From NCBI GenBank assembly GCA_964014485.1, contig CAXHAT010000001.1, positions 32,001-96,000 on the forward strand: a stretch of 64,000 nucleotides of DNA. Reading direction: 5' to 3'. This stretch comes from an uncultured Deferribacteres bacterium (GTDB lineage: Bacteria > Zhuqueibacterota > Zhuqueibacteria > Zhuqueibacterales > Geothermadaptataceae). The translations under genes were made by a program, and so were the position numbers. This document shows, one piece after another, positions 1 to 8,401 of this stretch; positions within the stretch are counted from its first letter, which is position 1; the number at the start of each line of letters is the position of its first letter. The notes under the pieces were generated by a model. It saw only the letters and a list, made by a program, of their open reading frames with translations. It searched no databases and had not been told where the DNA came from.

Positions 1-234
1 GTAGTCTTTCCGGTCCGTGCGCTCAAAACTGTCCAAAAGTCTTTTGGCGTTTGCCGGTGAAGACATCAAATATGCCGTTTCCATCAAGCTCTTCAAGTCA
101 TCTTCGGAAATAATTGCAGCGTTACTCACGGCATTGCGGCGCTTAATCACGACAATTTTACGATCCAAAGTGACTTCATTGAGAATCGATGGGAAATTTT
201 TCCTGACTTCTGAGAGTGTTTTCGTTTCTGTCAT
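1..234 (-). CDS. yefM: Phd/YefM-family antitoxin (partial, runs off the left edge; not in the ORF track)
   Basis: Manual translation from ATG at 234: MTETKTLSEVRKNFPSILNEVTLDRKIVVIKRRNAVSNAAIISEDDLKSLMETAYLMSSPANAKRLLDSF. The C-terminal SLMETAYLMSSPANAKRL is the YefM signature. Confidence 0.85.
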   Translation of the reverse strand, partial: MTETKTLSEVRKNFPSILNEVTLDRKIVVIKRRNAVSNAAIISEDDLKSLMETAYLMSSPANAKRLLDSFERTDRKDY

Positions 235-263
235 TTCTATTTTCCCTACTCAAGACATCGACA

Positions 264-282
264 TGTACAGCAATATAGTACA
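264..282. promoter_or_regulatory. Putative YefM autoregulatory operator
   Basis: TGTACA (264-269) and AGTACA (277-282) lie just upstream of the yefM start. E. coli yefM-yoeB operators use paired TGTACA cores. Confidence 0.6.
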
Positions 283-344
283 CATCGCTTCGTTAAACCA
301 GTAAAACTTTCTTTGACGGCCTTAAAATCAAGACGTCGCTGCTT

Positions 345-1382
345 CTATTTTCTCAGCAGGGTATACGTCCCGAACAAATCATTTTCTAAATTCATCAGTT
401 TGTCCCAGCCGAAAGCTCGCGCCATTTTGTGGGCAAACTCGGTATCGTTTTCATCAAACGCAAGCACGGAAAAGCCGACCTTCTGGTACAGATCGCGCTC
501 GAACGGAGAGCGTCCGTCCGCCCAGGGCTTGTATGGTTCATCCGGCTTACTCTCCGCCGGGTGTAAGTTGTAAATCATGAAAAAACCGCCGGAGTTGAGC
601 ATTCGATAAACCGTTTTGACAAACGTCTCATCGTCAACGCCCAAATGCACCAGCCTTCGCGGATCGACTTCGCGCGCCGGGTGGATGTAGCCGCGCTTGA
701 GCGTATTTTTTGAAATGAACAAATCGTAGCCATCACCCGCTTCATCTACGATTTTTTGTTCTTTCGGGAAAAAGCCGAAAAGCAGACGCAGCTTTCCCGC
801 AGCGCCTTTTCCAGCCGACGATGCTCGCGAAATAATTCCTGTGTCTTCATCTCCGCTGTACAAAACTTTTAGCAGCGGGTCAACTTCTACGCCCGTCACA
901 TCCGCGCCCAAACTTGCCAGCAGGCGTAGCTGCCCGATGGAGCCGTAGCCAAAATCAAGCACTCTTGCGCCGGCATTCAGTTCGAATCCCGCCTGCCCGA
1001 CAAGATCGAAGGCGTGAACGGAAGCGAGCGGCGTGCCGTACTTGGTGAAATAGTAAAACTGCTCGTCGTACTCTTTTCTTTCATATCCTTTTAACGCATC
1101 CGCATGGCGCGATTTTGCCTCTGTTTCGGAGATTGCGTCGCGCGTTTCGCGGTTATACCAAACGATGCGGGAACCAGAGATTGCAGGCAAATCATCCACA
1201 GCTTTTAAAAGCGATTGACCGAATGCGCTTTTGATCAACGGCGACAGGGCGGCGGCTTGTTGTCGCATTTTCTCCAAAGCGCCAACATTTTCTTGCGCGA
1301 GCAGACTATTTTGAAAAATGAGAAGGACTACAACAAGGGCCAGGCGGATTGTTTTTGGAGATTGCAAAGCAGGCTTTCGCAT
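345..1382 (-). CDS. SAM-dependent methyltransferase-fold protein with predicted signal peptide
   Basis: Motif I VLDFGYGSIG, motif II VTGVEVD, YDLFISKN and LNSGG. The N-terminus is hydrophobic and ends SLLA-Q. Confidence 0.7.
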   Translation of the reverse strand: MRKPALQSPKTIRLALVVVLLIFQNSLLAQENVGALEKMRQQAAALSPLIKSAFGQSLLKAVDDLPAISGSRIVWYNRETRDAISETEAKSRHADALKGYERKEYDEQFYYFTKYGTPLASVHAFDLVGQAGFELNAGARVLDFGYGSIGQLRLLASLGADVTGVEVDPLLKVLYSGDEDTGIISRASSAGKGAAGKLRLLFGFFPKEQKIVDEAGDGYDLFISKNTLKRGYIHPAREVDPRRLVHLGVDDETFVKTVYRMLNSGGFFMIYNLHPAESKPDEPYKPWADGRSPFERDLYQKVGFSVLAFDENDTEFAHKMARAFGWDKLMNLENDLFGTYTLLRK

Positions 1383-1460
1383 ATTTCGTCAAGGTTTAGG
1401 GGAGCGGACTTGAAGGTTTTCCGATTAGACGAAAATCAGCGAGAATCGTTGGAATCACAA

Positions 1461-1501
1461 TAAAAAAAGGCGGAACAACTGGCAAGCCAATCATTCCGCC
1501 T
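1461..1501 (-). terminator. Rho-independent terminator downstream of the caspase gene
   Basis: Minus strand reads AGGCGGAATGATTGGC-TT-GCCAGTTGTTCCGCCT followed by a T-run. Three G-U pairs form only on the minus strand. Confidence 0.8.
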
Positions 1502-1589
1502 CACCCAATAACCAAAGGAGAAAATTTTATGTGGGTCAACCGAAGCTTTATGAGCAGGTACTGTACATGCAAAGCGCGCTTTTTGAGAA

Positions 1590-2834
1590 TTATCGTTTCA
1601 CAAAAATAAATTCTCCGCCTTCATCGCCCGTTTCCTGGATCACGCCATAAAGCGGTCTTTGCCGCATTGGGCTGTTGTTGGTGACCGGCGCTTTGATCGC
1701 ACTATAAAGCGCCCCGGCGTCAAAATAACGCGTTTCGTTTTCGAGCAAACGCTTGACGAGGTATTCTTTAAAAACCGAACGATCCGGCACTTCGGTGAAA
1801 TTGCCTGCTGTAATTGCCTTACGGCTTTTTTCCTTATAAGCTTCTTCAACCGCAACCGTAAAAGGATTCCGCGACGCGAAAAGGCTGCCGGAAAAACATG
1901 CGTCCGAGAGCAGCAAAATGTGCCGGGCCCCAATACCGCGAAAGGCGCGCTGAACGTCGCTGTTGGAAACCCAATTCGCGCGATTGCCTTTTTCAGCATC
2001 GGAAGGCAGCCAGTAGCCCTCGCGATAATCTTCGTCGAAATAACCGTGGCCTGCATAGAAAACGAGCAGATTGTCGGCGCTCGAAAGCGGATTTACGCCG
2101 GACGGCGCATACTCGGAAAGCGCTTTAATAAGTTGGGAGCGATCCGGGTTTTCGAGAATTTTAACCCGATCTTTTTCAAAAGTGTAGGCTTCGGAAAGGG
2201 CGTTTGCCACCTCATGCGCGTCCGCAACCGGATAGTCAAGATCAGAGATGCTGGGGTGCTGGTAATCGCCGACAGCGATGACCAAAGCCCAATATTGCGC
2301 ATCGTCCGGCGCATTCGGGCCGAGGCTGGCGATAGTCGCGGAAGAGCGGGAATCGCGAACCGTCTCAAAAACGGCGGAGGAGACTTCAAACGTTTCATTA
2401 ATCTTGTTGCCGGCGGCGTCGACGGCGACCATTTTAAGACGCAAAAGCTTACCCGCTTCCGGGGCTTTCACCTTCAAGCCAAAATTTTTGCGCGCCTTAT
2501 TCTTCCCGCGTAGTTTGATCGTGTGGCCGTTGATCATCAGGCTTTGAATCTCGCGGTCGTCTTCAATTCGACCAATCACAACCAACTCGCCGGTCTCTTC
2601 CGGAACGATGCTAAGTCCGCGAGTCTTGCCTGCGCCCCGAGTGGAAATTTCCGTCGGCTTGGTGATGACGATTTTCGGCGCGGTGACGTCCGGGCCTTTC
2701 ATGACAACGCCCAACGGACCTGCTTCGCTATAGCCGCGGGCGCGTTGACCTGTTGCTGAATTAGCTAAAACCAAAATCAAGCTGACAGCAAAAACAACGG
2801 ATTTCATCCTTGAAAAAAAGAGTTGCTGAAACAT
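1590..2834 (-). CDS. Secreted caspase-family (peptidase C14) protein with N-terminal Ig-like domain
   Basis: YWALVIAVGDY, His motif FYAGHG, Cys motif SDACFSG; signal peptide. Confidence 0.9.
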   Translation of the reverse strand: MFQQLFFSRMKSVVFAVSLILVLANSATGQRARGYSEAGPLGVVMKGPDVTAPKIVITKPTEISTRGAGKTRGLSIVPEETGELVVIGRIEDDREIQSLMINGHTIKLRGKNKARKNFGLKVKAPEAGKLLRLKMVAVDAAGNKINETFEVSSAVFETVRDSRSSATIASLGPNAPDDAQYWALVIAVGDYQHPSISDLDYPVADAHEVANALSEAYTFEKDRVKILENPDRSQLIKALSEYAPSGVNPLSSADNLLVFYAGHGYFDEDYREGYWLPSDAEKGNRANWVSNSDVQRAFRGIGARHILLLSDACFSGSLFASRNPFTVAVEEAYKEKSRKAITAGNFTEVPDRSVFKEYLVKRLLENETRYFDAGALYSAIKAPVTNNSPMRQRPLYGVIQETGDEGGEFIFVKR

Positions 2835-2835
2835 C

Positions 2836-5800
2836 CTATTTCACCAATATCATTTTTTTTGTGAATACTGCATCGGCGCTGTTTAATCGATAGAAATAAA
2901 CGCCGCTGGCAAGCGGTCTTCCCGCCTTGTCGCGCCCGTCCCAGACAATCGTGTGATAGCCCGGTTCATATTCTTGACGGTCGATAAGCGTGAGAACTTG
3001 CTCGCCCAACGTATTATAGATCACAAGATGCACTTTTGCCGTTTTCGGCACGCCAAAGCGAATTGTGGTCGATGGATTGAACGGATTGGGGAAATTTTGT
3101 GAAAGTTCAAAATCTTGCGGCAGAAAACTTTCAGGGTCGAGCGTTTCTTCGAAAAATCCAGGCTCGCCGACCATCAATTTAAAGTTTTTTGGACGTTCAT
3201 TTTTCAACGCATTAAACGAAAATTCCGGCGAATTTCGAAGATCGTACAGCACGTCAACGTCTTCATCCAAAACAAAAATTTCATATTTTTCAGGAACGGG
3301 TTCCAGCCCCGAAAAACGCAAATCCACTTTGCCTTGAATGTTGCTCTTCACCTGAAATTCCCAGATTTCTCCCAAAGCGACCATCGGGCGAAAATCAGTC
3401 GCGTAATTTGTCGCACGCATTTCCCATTCCGGGCGCGGAAAGCGTACTGAGACATATTCGCCAATCACAGGCGGCTCCGGCTGATCGAAGGCGTCCCAAT
3501 CATAAAAAGCGTCAGCGCGAACGCCGGCGACGTTGTCTTCATCTCGCGCGTTCTGGCATCGAGCCAAAATACGAATTTCCCAGTCCGCATCGGCTGGCAC
3601 GGCGGGTTTCTCCAGCGTCAGCTCGTCGGCGGGTTGCGGGTTGACCCAAATCGTGTCGCCGGAAAAACTGTTGTGAAAAAAGGCGTAGCCCTGAAACGGC
3701 TCTATCGCGATGGTTTCGGAGCCGTCCCGCCAGAATTCCTCGAAATGGCGCAATTGAGGGATTGTCCCGTCGCCAAGCTGGAAATTGTTCCGTGAAAGTG
3801 AAAAATTGAAGGGGTTGCCGATAAAATTCCAGCCAGGAGACACCGGGATTGGAAACAATTCACGCAAGAGCTGGCTCATGCCGGAACCCGAACGCACCGT
3901 TTTGCCGGATTCGCGAACGATCAGCCAATACGCTTTTCCCGCCTGAATCGCAGCGACCGAATCATACTCAACATAATTTTGATTGGGAGCCAATTCGAAA
4001 AAGCGCCATTTTTTAATGTTGTATTTTCCCAAATCATCTTCGAGCATGGCGGCGGGCTGCTTGTTGTCAAGATCAAGAGGAACGGAAAACAAGCGATAGC
4101 CGGTTTGTTCGCTGCCGGCCGGTTGGGGGTTTTCGCTAAAAACGCCGTTGCCGGCAACTCTTACGCGAACGGCAAATGTGTCCGTCTGAGCAGTCGTTGC
4201 GTTTTGATCGGTGGCGCGGATAAAATATTCCAGCCCGCGCGAGGTCACCTCGCCGGCGGGGATCGTTGCCTGCCAATTGTCTTCGTTAATCATAGCGAGC
4301 AAGGTGTAATTCATATCGCCGCCGCGCCGGTAATGCAAAATACCGTCTGAAATCCCGGTATCGTCGATCAGCTTCGCGTCAACGGTTATACGTTCGCCTG
4401 CGTTACTCTCAAAAATCGCTTCATGCTCGATTTTTGGCGGCTCATTTGGCGCGACCGTCACGCGAAAATCGAACTCCCGCAGACCGTTTTTGCCGTCGTC
4501 CGCCCTCACGGTGATCATGGCCGTGCCAATCTCGCCGGAGGCAACGGTTAAGGTAGAGCCATACAAATTCACTTTGGCCACGGCATGGTTGGACGATTGC
4601 GCCGTGTAAGTCAAATCATCTTCATCAGGATCGTCAAAGACAACGGGCGGCTCGTCGAGATTCTTGGTGTAAGCGTTGCCGCCGGTTTTGATCAACTGAT
4701 CTTCGATAATTTGGCTGATTTGCGGCGGATTGTTGCCGCGTACTGCTTCGATATCAACGTTAAAGACAAGAGACGATTGCTCACCGCTTTCGTCCTCCGC
4801 CGTAACCGTGACTTGCGCGACTCCTTTGCCGATTGGAAATATGCGCAAAACAGCTTCCGAAAATCCGGCCTGAGCGATTTGTTCATCACTAGAAGATGCA
4901 GAATAGGTCAATAAATCGCCGTTCGGATCTTCGAAAATAACAGGCGTTGCCGTGAAATCCCGGCTAAACGGCTCGTCGCCGACAGCAATGACGATTGACG
5001 GCATTTCCGTTACATTTTTCGGCGGCAAATTACCCGTGGTTACGGTGACATTAAACTCGTCGGTCGCTTCGCCGCCTCGGTTATCGTCAGCAGTCACAAA
5101 AATCGTCGCACTTCCCATTCTCTTGGGCGTAATGTAAAGCACGCTTGCTTCGACCACGGCGCTCGCGATTGACGTATCACTTGACGACGCTCGAAAATCA
5201 AGCGCGTCTCCATCTAGATCAGTAAAAACGCCGCCCAAGGCTCTGTCTCGAACGCCCGCTTCAACAGTTAATTCCATGTCGGCAATCGCGCTTGCTACTG
5301 TTGGGCTGCTGTTTTGACCGACGACCGTAACGAAAAACGTCATCGCGACCGTTTCTCCCAGTTCGTCCTCTGCCGACAATGTTATTATCGCTCGTCCAAC
5401 CTTGAGCGCGTCAATGTTCAATTCTTTGCCCTTCATTTCAACTTCAACCGCCGCGCGATTGTCAGAGGTCGCCGCGTAAGTTAGATCATCCCCGTTGGGG
5501 TCGGTAAACGCTTCGGCGTCTTCAACATCGACGGACTTTTCTCCTCCGACGCGCATAATGTGGTTCCGGAGCTGCTTTTGTATTCTGGGCGCTTTGTTCG
5601 CCGGAGGATAAGGGTTGATTGGCGGCGGTTCTATTGGGAGAGGGCCTTCGGGATCAAACACGTCCTGAACGAACCTGAAAGTATCGGGATATTCTCCGCC
5701 CGGCAATCGCAAAACATATCTCACACGGGATGGAGCGTTATTCAAATCACCGCCTTCGATCATCGTGATTTCATCCGATGAAGGGCCAAAAGCGATGCGA

Positions 5801-6507
5801 TACATCAAACCATAATATGTCGGACCCTGGATTTCGAACTCTAACTTATAGTCCAGGCCTACAGTGTTCGTAAACGCCAGGTCGGGTTGCACACCGACGC
5901 TTCTTTCCCCTTGCGTTGCGCCCCACCAACCATCTGCCAGATAGAGGTAAACGCTGTCCGTAGCCGCATCGAATCCGTTAGCGACCGCAGGCGCCATATT
6001 GACGAAGATTGTTGCTGTGATTTTGTGATCGGCTGAAATGATTCCCACAAGAGGCAAGTCGTTAAAATAAACTTTCTGCGTTTCTACCTCGCTGCTCGCA
6101 CCAGCGTTGAATAAACGGTCGACGCCCCCGGTGGTCAACGGCGTTTCATAGAATAATTTGCTAAAAACGCCATTCGAATTTCTTCCAATATAGTAACGGT
6201 ACGAAATTTCCCTGGATTCGCCGAGGTCAATTTTTTCGTCTGTATGGTATAAGTCAGGGTCGTGTTTGTCGACCTGCATCACGGCGTCGTTCACCTTCGC
6301 CCCCCAATCGTTGAAAGGACTGTGAACCTGAACGGTGTCCCCCCGTTCTTCATTAAAAATGCCCAGAAATCGCAGCACGGGGATTTCTACGCTAAAGCCA
6401 ATGTTTTGTTTGACCTTAGCGTTTTGCGTATTCTGTGCAAAGAGTCCGCTTGCAAACATTGCAAACATCGTCGCAGAAGCGCAAAATGTATTTCGACAGA
6501 ACTTCAT
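2836..6507 (-). CDS. Large secreted protein: CBM20-like N-terminus, 4 cadherin-like Ig repeats, C-terminal FlgD-Ig/T9SS-like domain
   Basis: Signal peptide; repeats FTDPNGDDLTY, FTDLDGDALDF, FEDPNGDLLTY, FDDPDEDDLTY; C-terminal LSQNFPNPFNPSTTIRF...WDGRD...SGVYFYRL. Confidence 0.85.
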   Translation of the reverse strand: MKFCRNTFCASATMFAMFASGLFAQNTQNAKVKQNIGFSVEIPVLRFLGIFNEERGDTVQVHSPFNDWGAKVNDAVMQVDKHDPDLYHTDEKIDLGESREISYRYYIGRNSNGVFSKLFYETPLTTGGVDRLFNAGASSEVETQKVYFNDLPLVGIISADHKITATIFVNMAPAVANGFDAATDSVYLYLADGWWGATQGERSVGVQPDLAFTNTVGLDYKLEFEIQGPTYYGLMYRIAFGPSSDEITMIEGGDLNNAPSRVRYVLRLPGGEYPDTFRFVQDVFDPEGPLPIEPPPINPYPPANKAPRIQKQLRNHIMRVGGEKSVDVEDAEAFTDPNGDDLTYAATSDNRAAVEVEMKGKELNIDALKVGRAIITLSAEDELGETVAMTFFVTVVGQNSSPTVASAIADMELTVEAGVRDRALGGVFTDLDGDALDFRASSSDTSIASAVVEASVLYITPKRMGSATIFVTADDNRGGEATDEFNVTVTTGNLPPKNVTEMPSIVIAVGDEPFSRDFTATPVIFEDPNGDLLTYSASSSDEQIAQAGFSEAVLRIFPIGKGVAQVTVTAEDESGEQSSLVFNVDIEAVRGNNPPQISQIIEDQLIKTGGNAYTKNLDEPPVVFDDPDEDDLTYTAQSSNHAVAKVNLYGSTLTVASGEIGTAMITVRADDGKNGLREFDFRVTVAPNEPPKIEHEAIFESNAGERITVDAKLIDDTGISDGILHYRRGGDMNYTLLAMINEDNWQATIPAGEVTSRGLEYFIRATDQNATTAQTDTFAVRVRVAGNGVFSENPQPAGSEQTGYRLFSVPLDLDNKQPAAMLEDDLGKYNIKKWRFFELAPNQNYVEYDSVAAIQAGKAYWLIVRESGKTVRSGSGMSQLLRELFPIPVSPGWNFIGNPFNFSLSRNNFQLGDGTIPQLRHFEEFWRDGSETIAIEPFQGYAFFHNSFSGDTIWVNPQPADELTLEKPAVPADADWEIRILARCQNARDEDNVAGVRADAFYDWDAFDQPEPPVIGEYVSVRFPRPEWEMRATNYATDFRPMVALGEIWEFQVKSNIQGKVDLRFSGLEPVPEKYEIFVLDEDVDVLYDLRNSPEFSFNALKNERPKNFKLMVGEPGFFEETLDPESFLPQDFELSQNFPNPFNPSTTIRFGVPKTAKVHLVIYNTLGEQVLTLIDRQEYEPGYHTIVWDGRDKAGRPLASGVYFYRLNSADAVFTKKMILVK

Positions 6508-6670
6508 GTCTCCCTCTTAAAAGCGTCCTTGCTTAAAAGCTCTCTTGCCCGTTAAAGTAACAACCACAATCTTTGGAAGGCGTTAACACGCTCTAACGCC
6601 GAATTCTACTCAGCACGCAAAAATCCTTTTCTGCGAGTGAGTAAATCTTGCAATTCTCCGCCGCTCGATC

Positions 6671-7171
6671 CTATTGATCCACAGGCAGCGCAGGCGGCCC
6701 TGGAAGGTCGCGCTCTTGAGCTCCCGCGATCCGCGAAGTGAAATAGAGCAGTGTTCCGCCCCCGGCCGCGGCAGCGCCGATAATAAACCAGGGCAAGCCT
6801 TTTCCGCCGCCAACCTTCTTCTCGATAAAAGCGTCGACGACAAACCGAAAATCCTGCCCGTCCAAACCACCGGGAAAATCTTGTTTCAAATCCCAGATAA
6901 TTTTCAAATCCCTACCCGGTTTCACGCCTCTGCCCGACTCGCCCTGCACAGATTTACCTGTCAAAGGTATTTTTTTTCGAGACTCCGGGTTGAAAAGGGA
7001 AAGCACGACGGTGTACTCCTTTGCGGATTCTCCAATCAAATCGTAATGCACGACGACTCTGTGGTCGATTTGCTGCTCGAATCGAACGTTTTCCACGGTT
7101 AAGCTTTGTGCAAATGCTCCGCTCCCAATTAGGCAGAGCAAAAAAAGCGCCCGCGCTAAGTCCCAGTTCAT
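6671..7171 (-). CDS. Hypothetical exported protein with C-terminal Gly-rich hydrophobic segment and Pro-rich tail
   Basis: ATG at 7171 gives a signal peptide (AFA-Q); beta-rich domain; WFIIGAAAAGGG; ends DLPGPPALP. Confidence 0.7.
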   Translation of the reverse strand: MNWDLARALFLLCLIGSGAFAQSLTVENVRFEQQIDHRVVVHYDLIGESAKEYTVVLSLFNPESRKKIPLTGKSVQGESGRGVKPGRDLKIIWDLKQDFPGGLDGQDFRFVVDAFIEKKVGGGKGLPWFIIGAAAAGGGTLLYFTSRIAGAQERDLPGPPALPVDQ

Positions 7172-7427
7172 ATCAATGCTCGCAATTTCATATTTGTCAT
7201 TCGTTTTTGCGGTAACTACCAAAACGGCAGTTTCAAATTTTTTTTGTATGCAAAGCGTCTTGTCTGTCTGTATACAGACGCCTGAATTGAATTACGGAAT
7301 AGTATTTTCGTAAAAATTAGCGGATTATTCGTCAGGCCGATTACAATTTCGGAAGCTTCGGATAATTTTGTGGCTGTCGGAGCTGCGTTTTCTGCTTTAA
7401 AAAAGTGCGCCGCAGCTAAATCTTGCC

Positions 7428-7442
7428 AGGCATAGCGTTTGC
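7428..7442 (+). promoter_or_regulatory. Candidate sigma54 (-24/-12) promoter
   Basis: AGGCATAGCGTTTGC fits GG-N10-GC with TTGC and points at the DUF4384-cyclase operon. Confidence 0.4.
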
Positions 7443-7583
7443 CAAATACTTGAATGAGAGCGAGAAACCAACAATCACAGACTTTTGGGACGCTCTCAAT
7501 AAATTGCTAAGAAATCCATTTATCATCTGATGTTAAGCAGTTGGACAATGATATGGCATTTGACTGAAAACTCTGCTTTACGT

Positions 7584-7654
7584 GTCATTCCTGCGGAGGC
7601 AGAAATCCAGTGGCCGTGCACCATTTTCTGGATTCCTGCCTCCACAGGAATGAC
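7584..7654. repeat. REP-like inverted repeat (GTCATTCC family)
   Basis: GTCATTCCTGCGGAGGCAGAAATCCAG ... CTGGATTCCTGCCTCCACAGGAATGAC. Confidence 0.8.
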
Positions 7655-7789
7655 CTCAAAAAACGTTTTGGGAGTCAAGCAGTTTTATTTTCAGTTGCAA
7701 TGTTCGACGCAACCAACAACCAATCTGCGACATGCATTATTTGGCAAGAGCGTAACATCAGTTATCATTCTAAACTTCAAGGAACTCAA

Positions 7790-8401
7790 ATGAAGCGCCT
7801 TGCAACTTTCAGCATTTTCTTACTCGGGGGCGTTTGGTGTTTGCAATCCGTTTTCGCCGGTGAAAAAGTCAGCGCGAAAATCGGCGTACAAGTTCTTTCC
7901 GGCGATCTCATCAAGCGCGCGCGTACGCACGACCGCCTCAAAAAGAATGACAGGTTGAGAATTTATGTCGAACCGGCGTTTGACGGCTTTGTCTACGTTG
8001 TGTACAAAGGGCCGGACGAAGTGACGCTGCTTTCTCCGCAAAGCGACGCTTCCCTTAAGAAAGGTCGTAGAATGACGCTGCCTTCGGCGAAAGAGTACTA
8101 TGAGATTGACGGCGAAAGCGCTCTGGAAAGCTTCACGATCATTTGCAGTCCGGAATCGCTCGAGGAGGTGGCGAACTACTTTTCAAACGATGAAAGAACG
8201 CAAGCGGAGTGGCTTCAGATCGAGCGCAGGCTTTCGGAAAAGAGCAAAATAGATTTGCATCAAAAAGCGGCCAAGCCTTTTGGCGTTGCGGGGAACGTAA
8301 GAACGCCTGAAGAAGAAGAGGAAAGACTGGTCGGAGAATTCAAGCAGCTTTTCGGCAATGGAATGATCGTTCAAAGCTACGAGTTTCGTGTTAAAAAATA
8401 G
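7790..8401 (+). CDS. DUF4384-like exported protein
   Basis: AAGGA RBS then ATG at 7790; signal peptide; LKKNDRLRIYV...GFVYVVY...VTLLSP...ESFTIICS pattern. Confidence 0.7.
   Translation: MKRLATFSIFLLGGVWCLQSVFAGEKVSAKIGVQVLSGDLIKRARTHDRLKKNDRLRIYVEPAFDGFVYVVYKGPDEVTLLSPQSDASLKKGRRMTLPSAKEYYEIDGESALESFTIICSPESLEEVANYFSNDERTQAEWLQIERRLSEKSKIDLHQKAAKPFGVAGNVRTPEEEEERLVGEFKQLFGNGMIVQSYEFRVKK

Noticed and set aside
17..304. 95-aa plus-strand ORF
   Set aside because: It is the antisense shadow of the YefM gene.
1659..2513. 284-aa plus-strand ORF and similar long antisense ORFs (28465-29193, 40740-41537, 48867-49436)
   Set aside because: They lie opposite well-supported genes and show no recognisable motifs.
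7610..7789. N-terminal extension of the DUF4384 ORF
   Set aside because: It begins inside a REP; the RBS and signal peptide fit the ATG at 7790.
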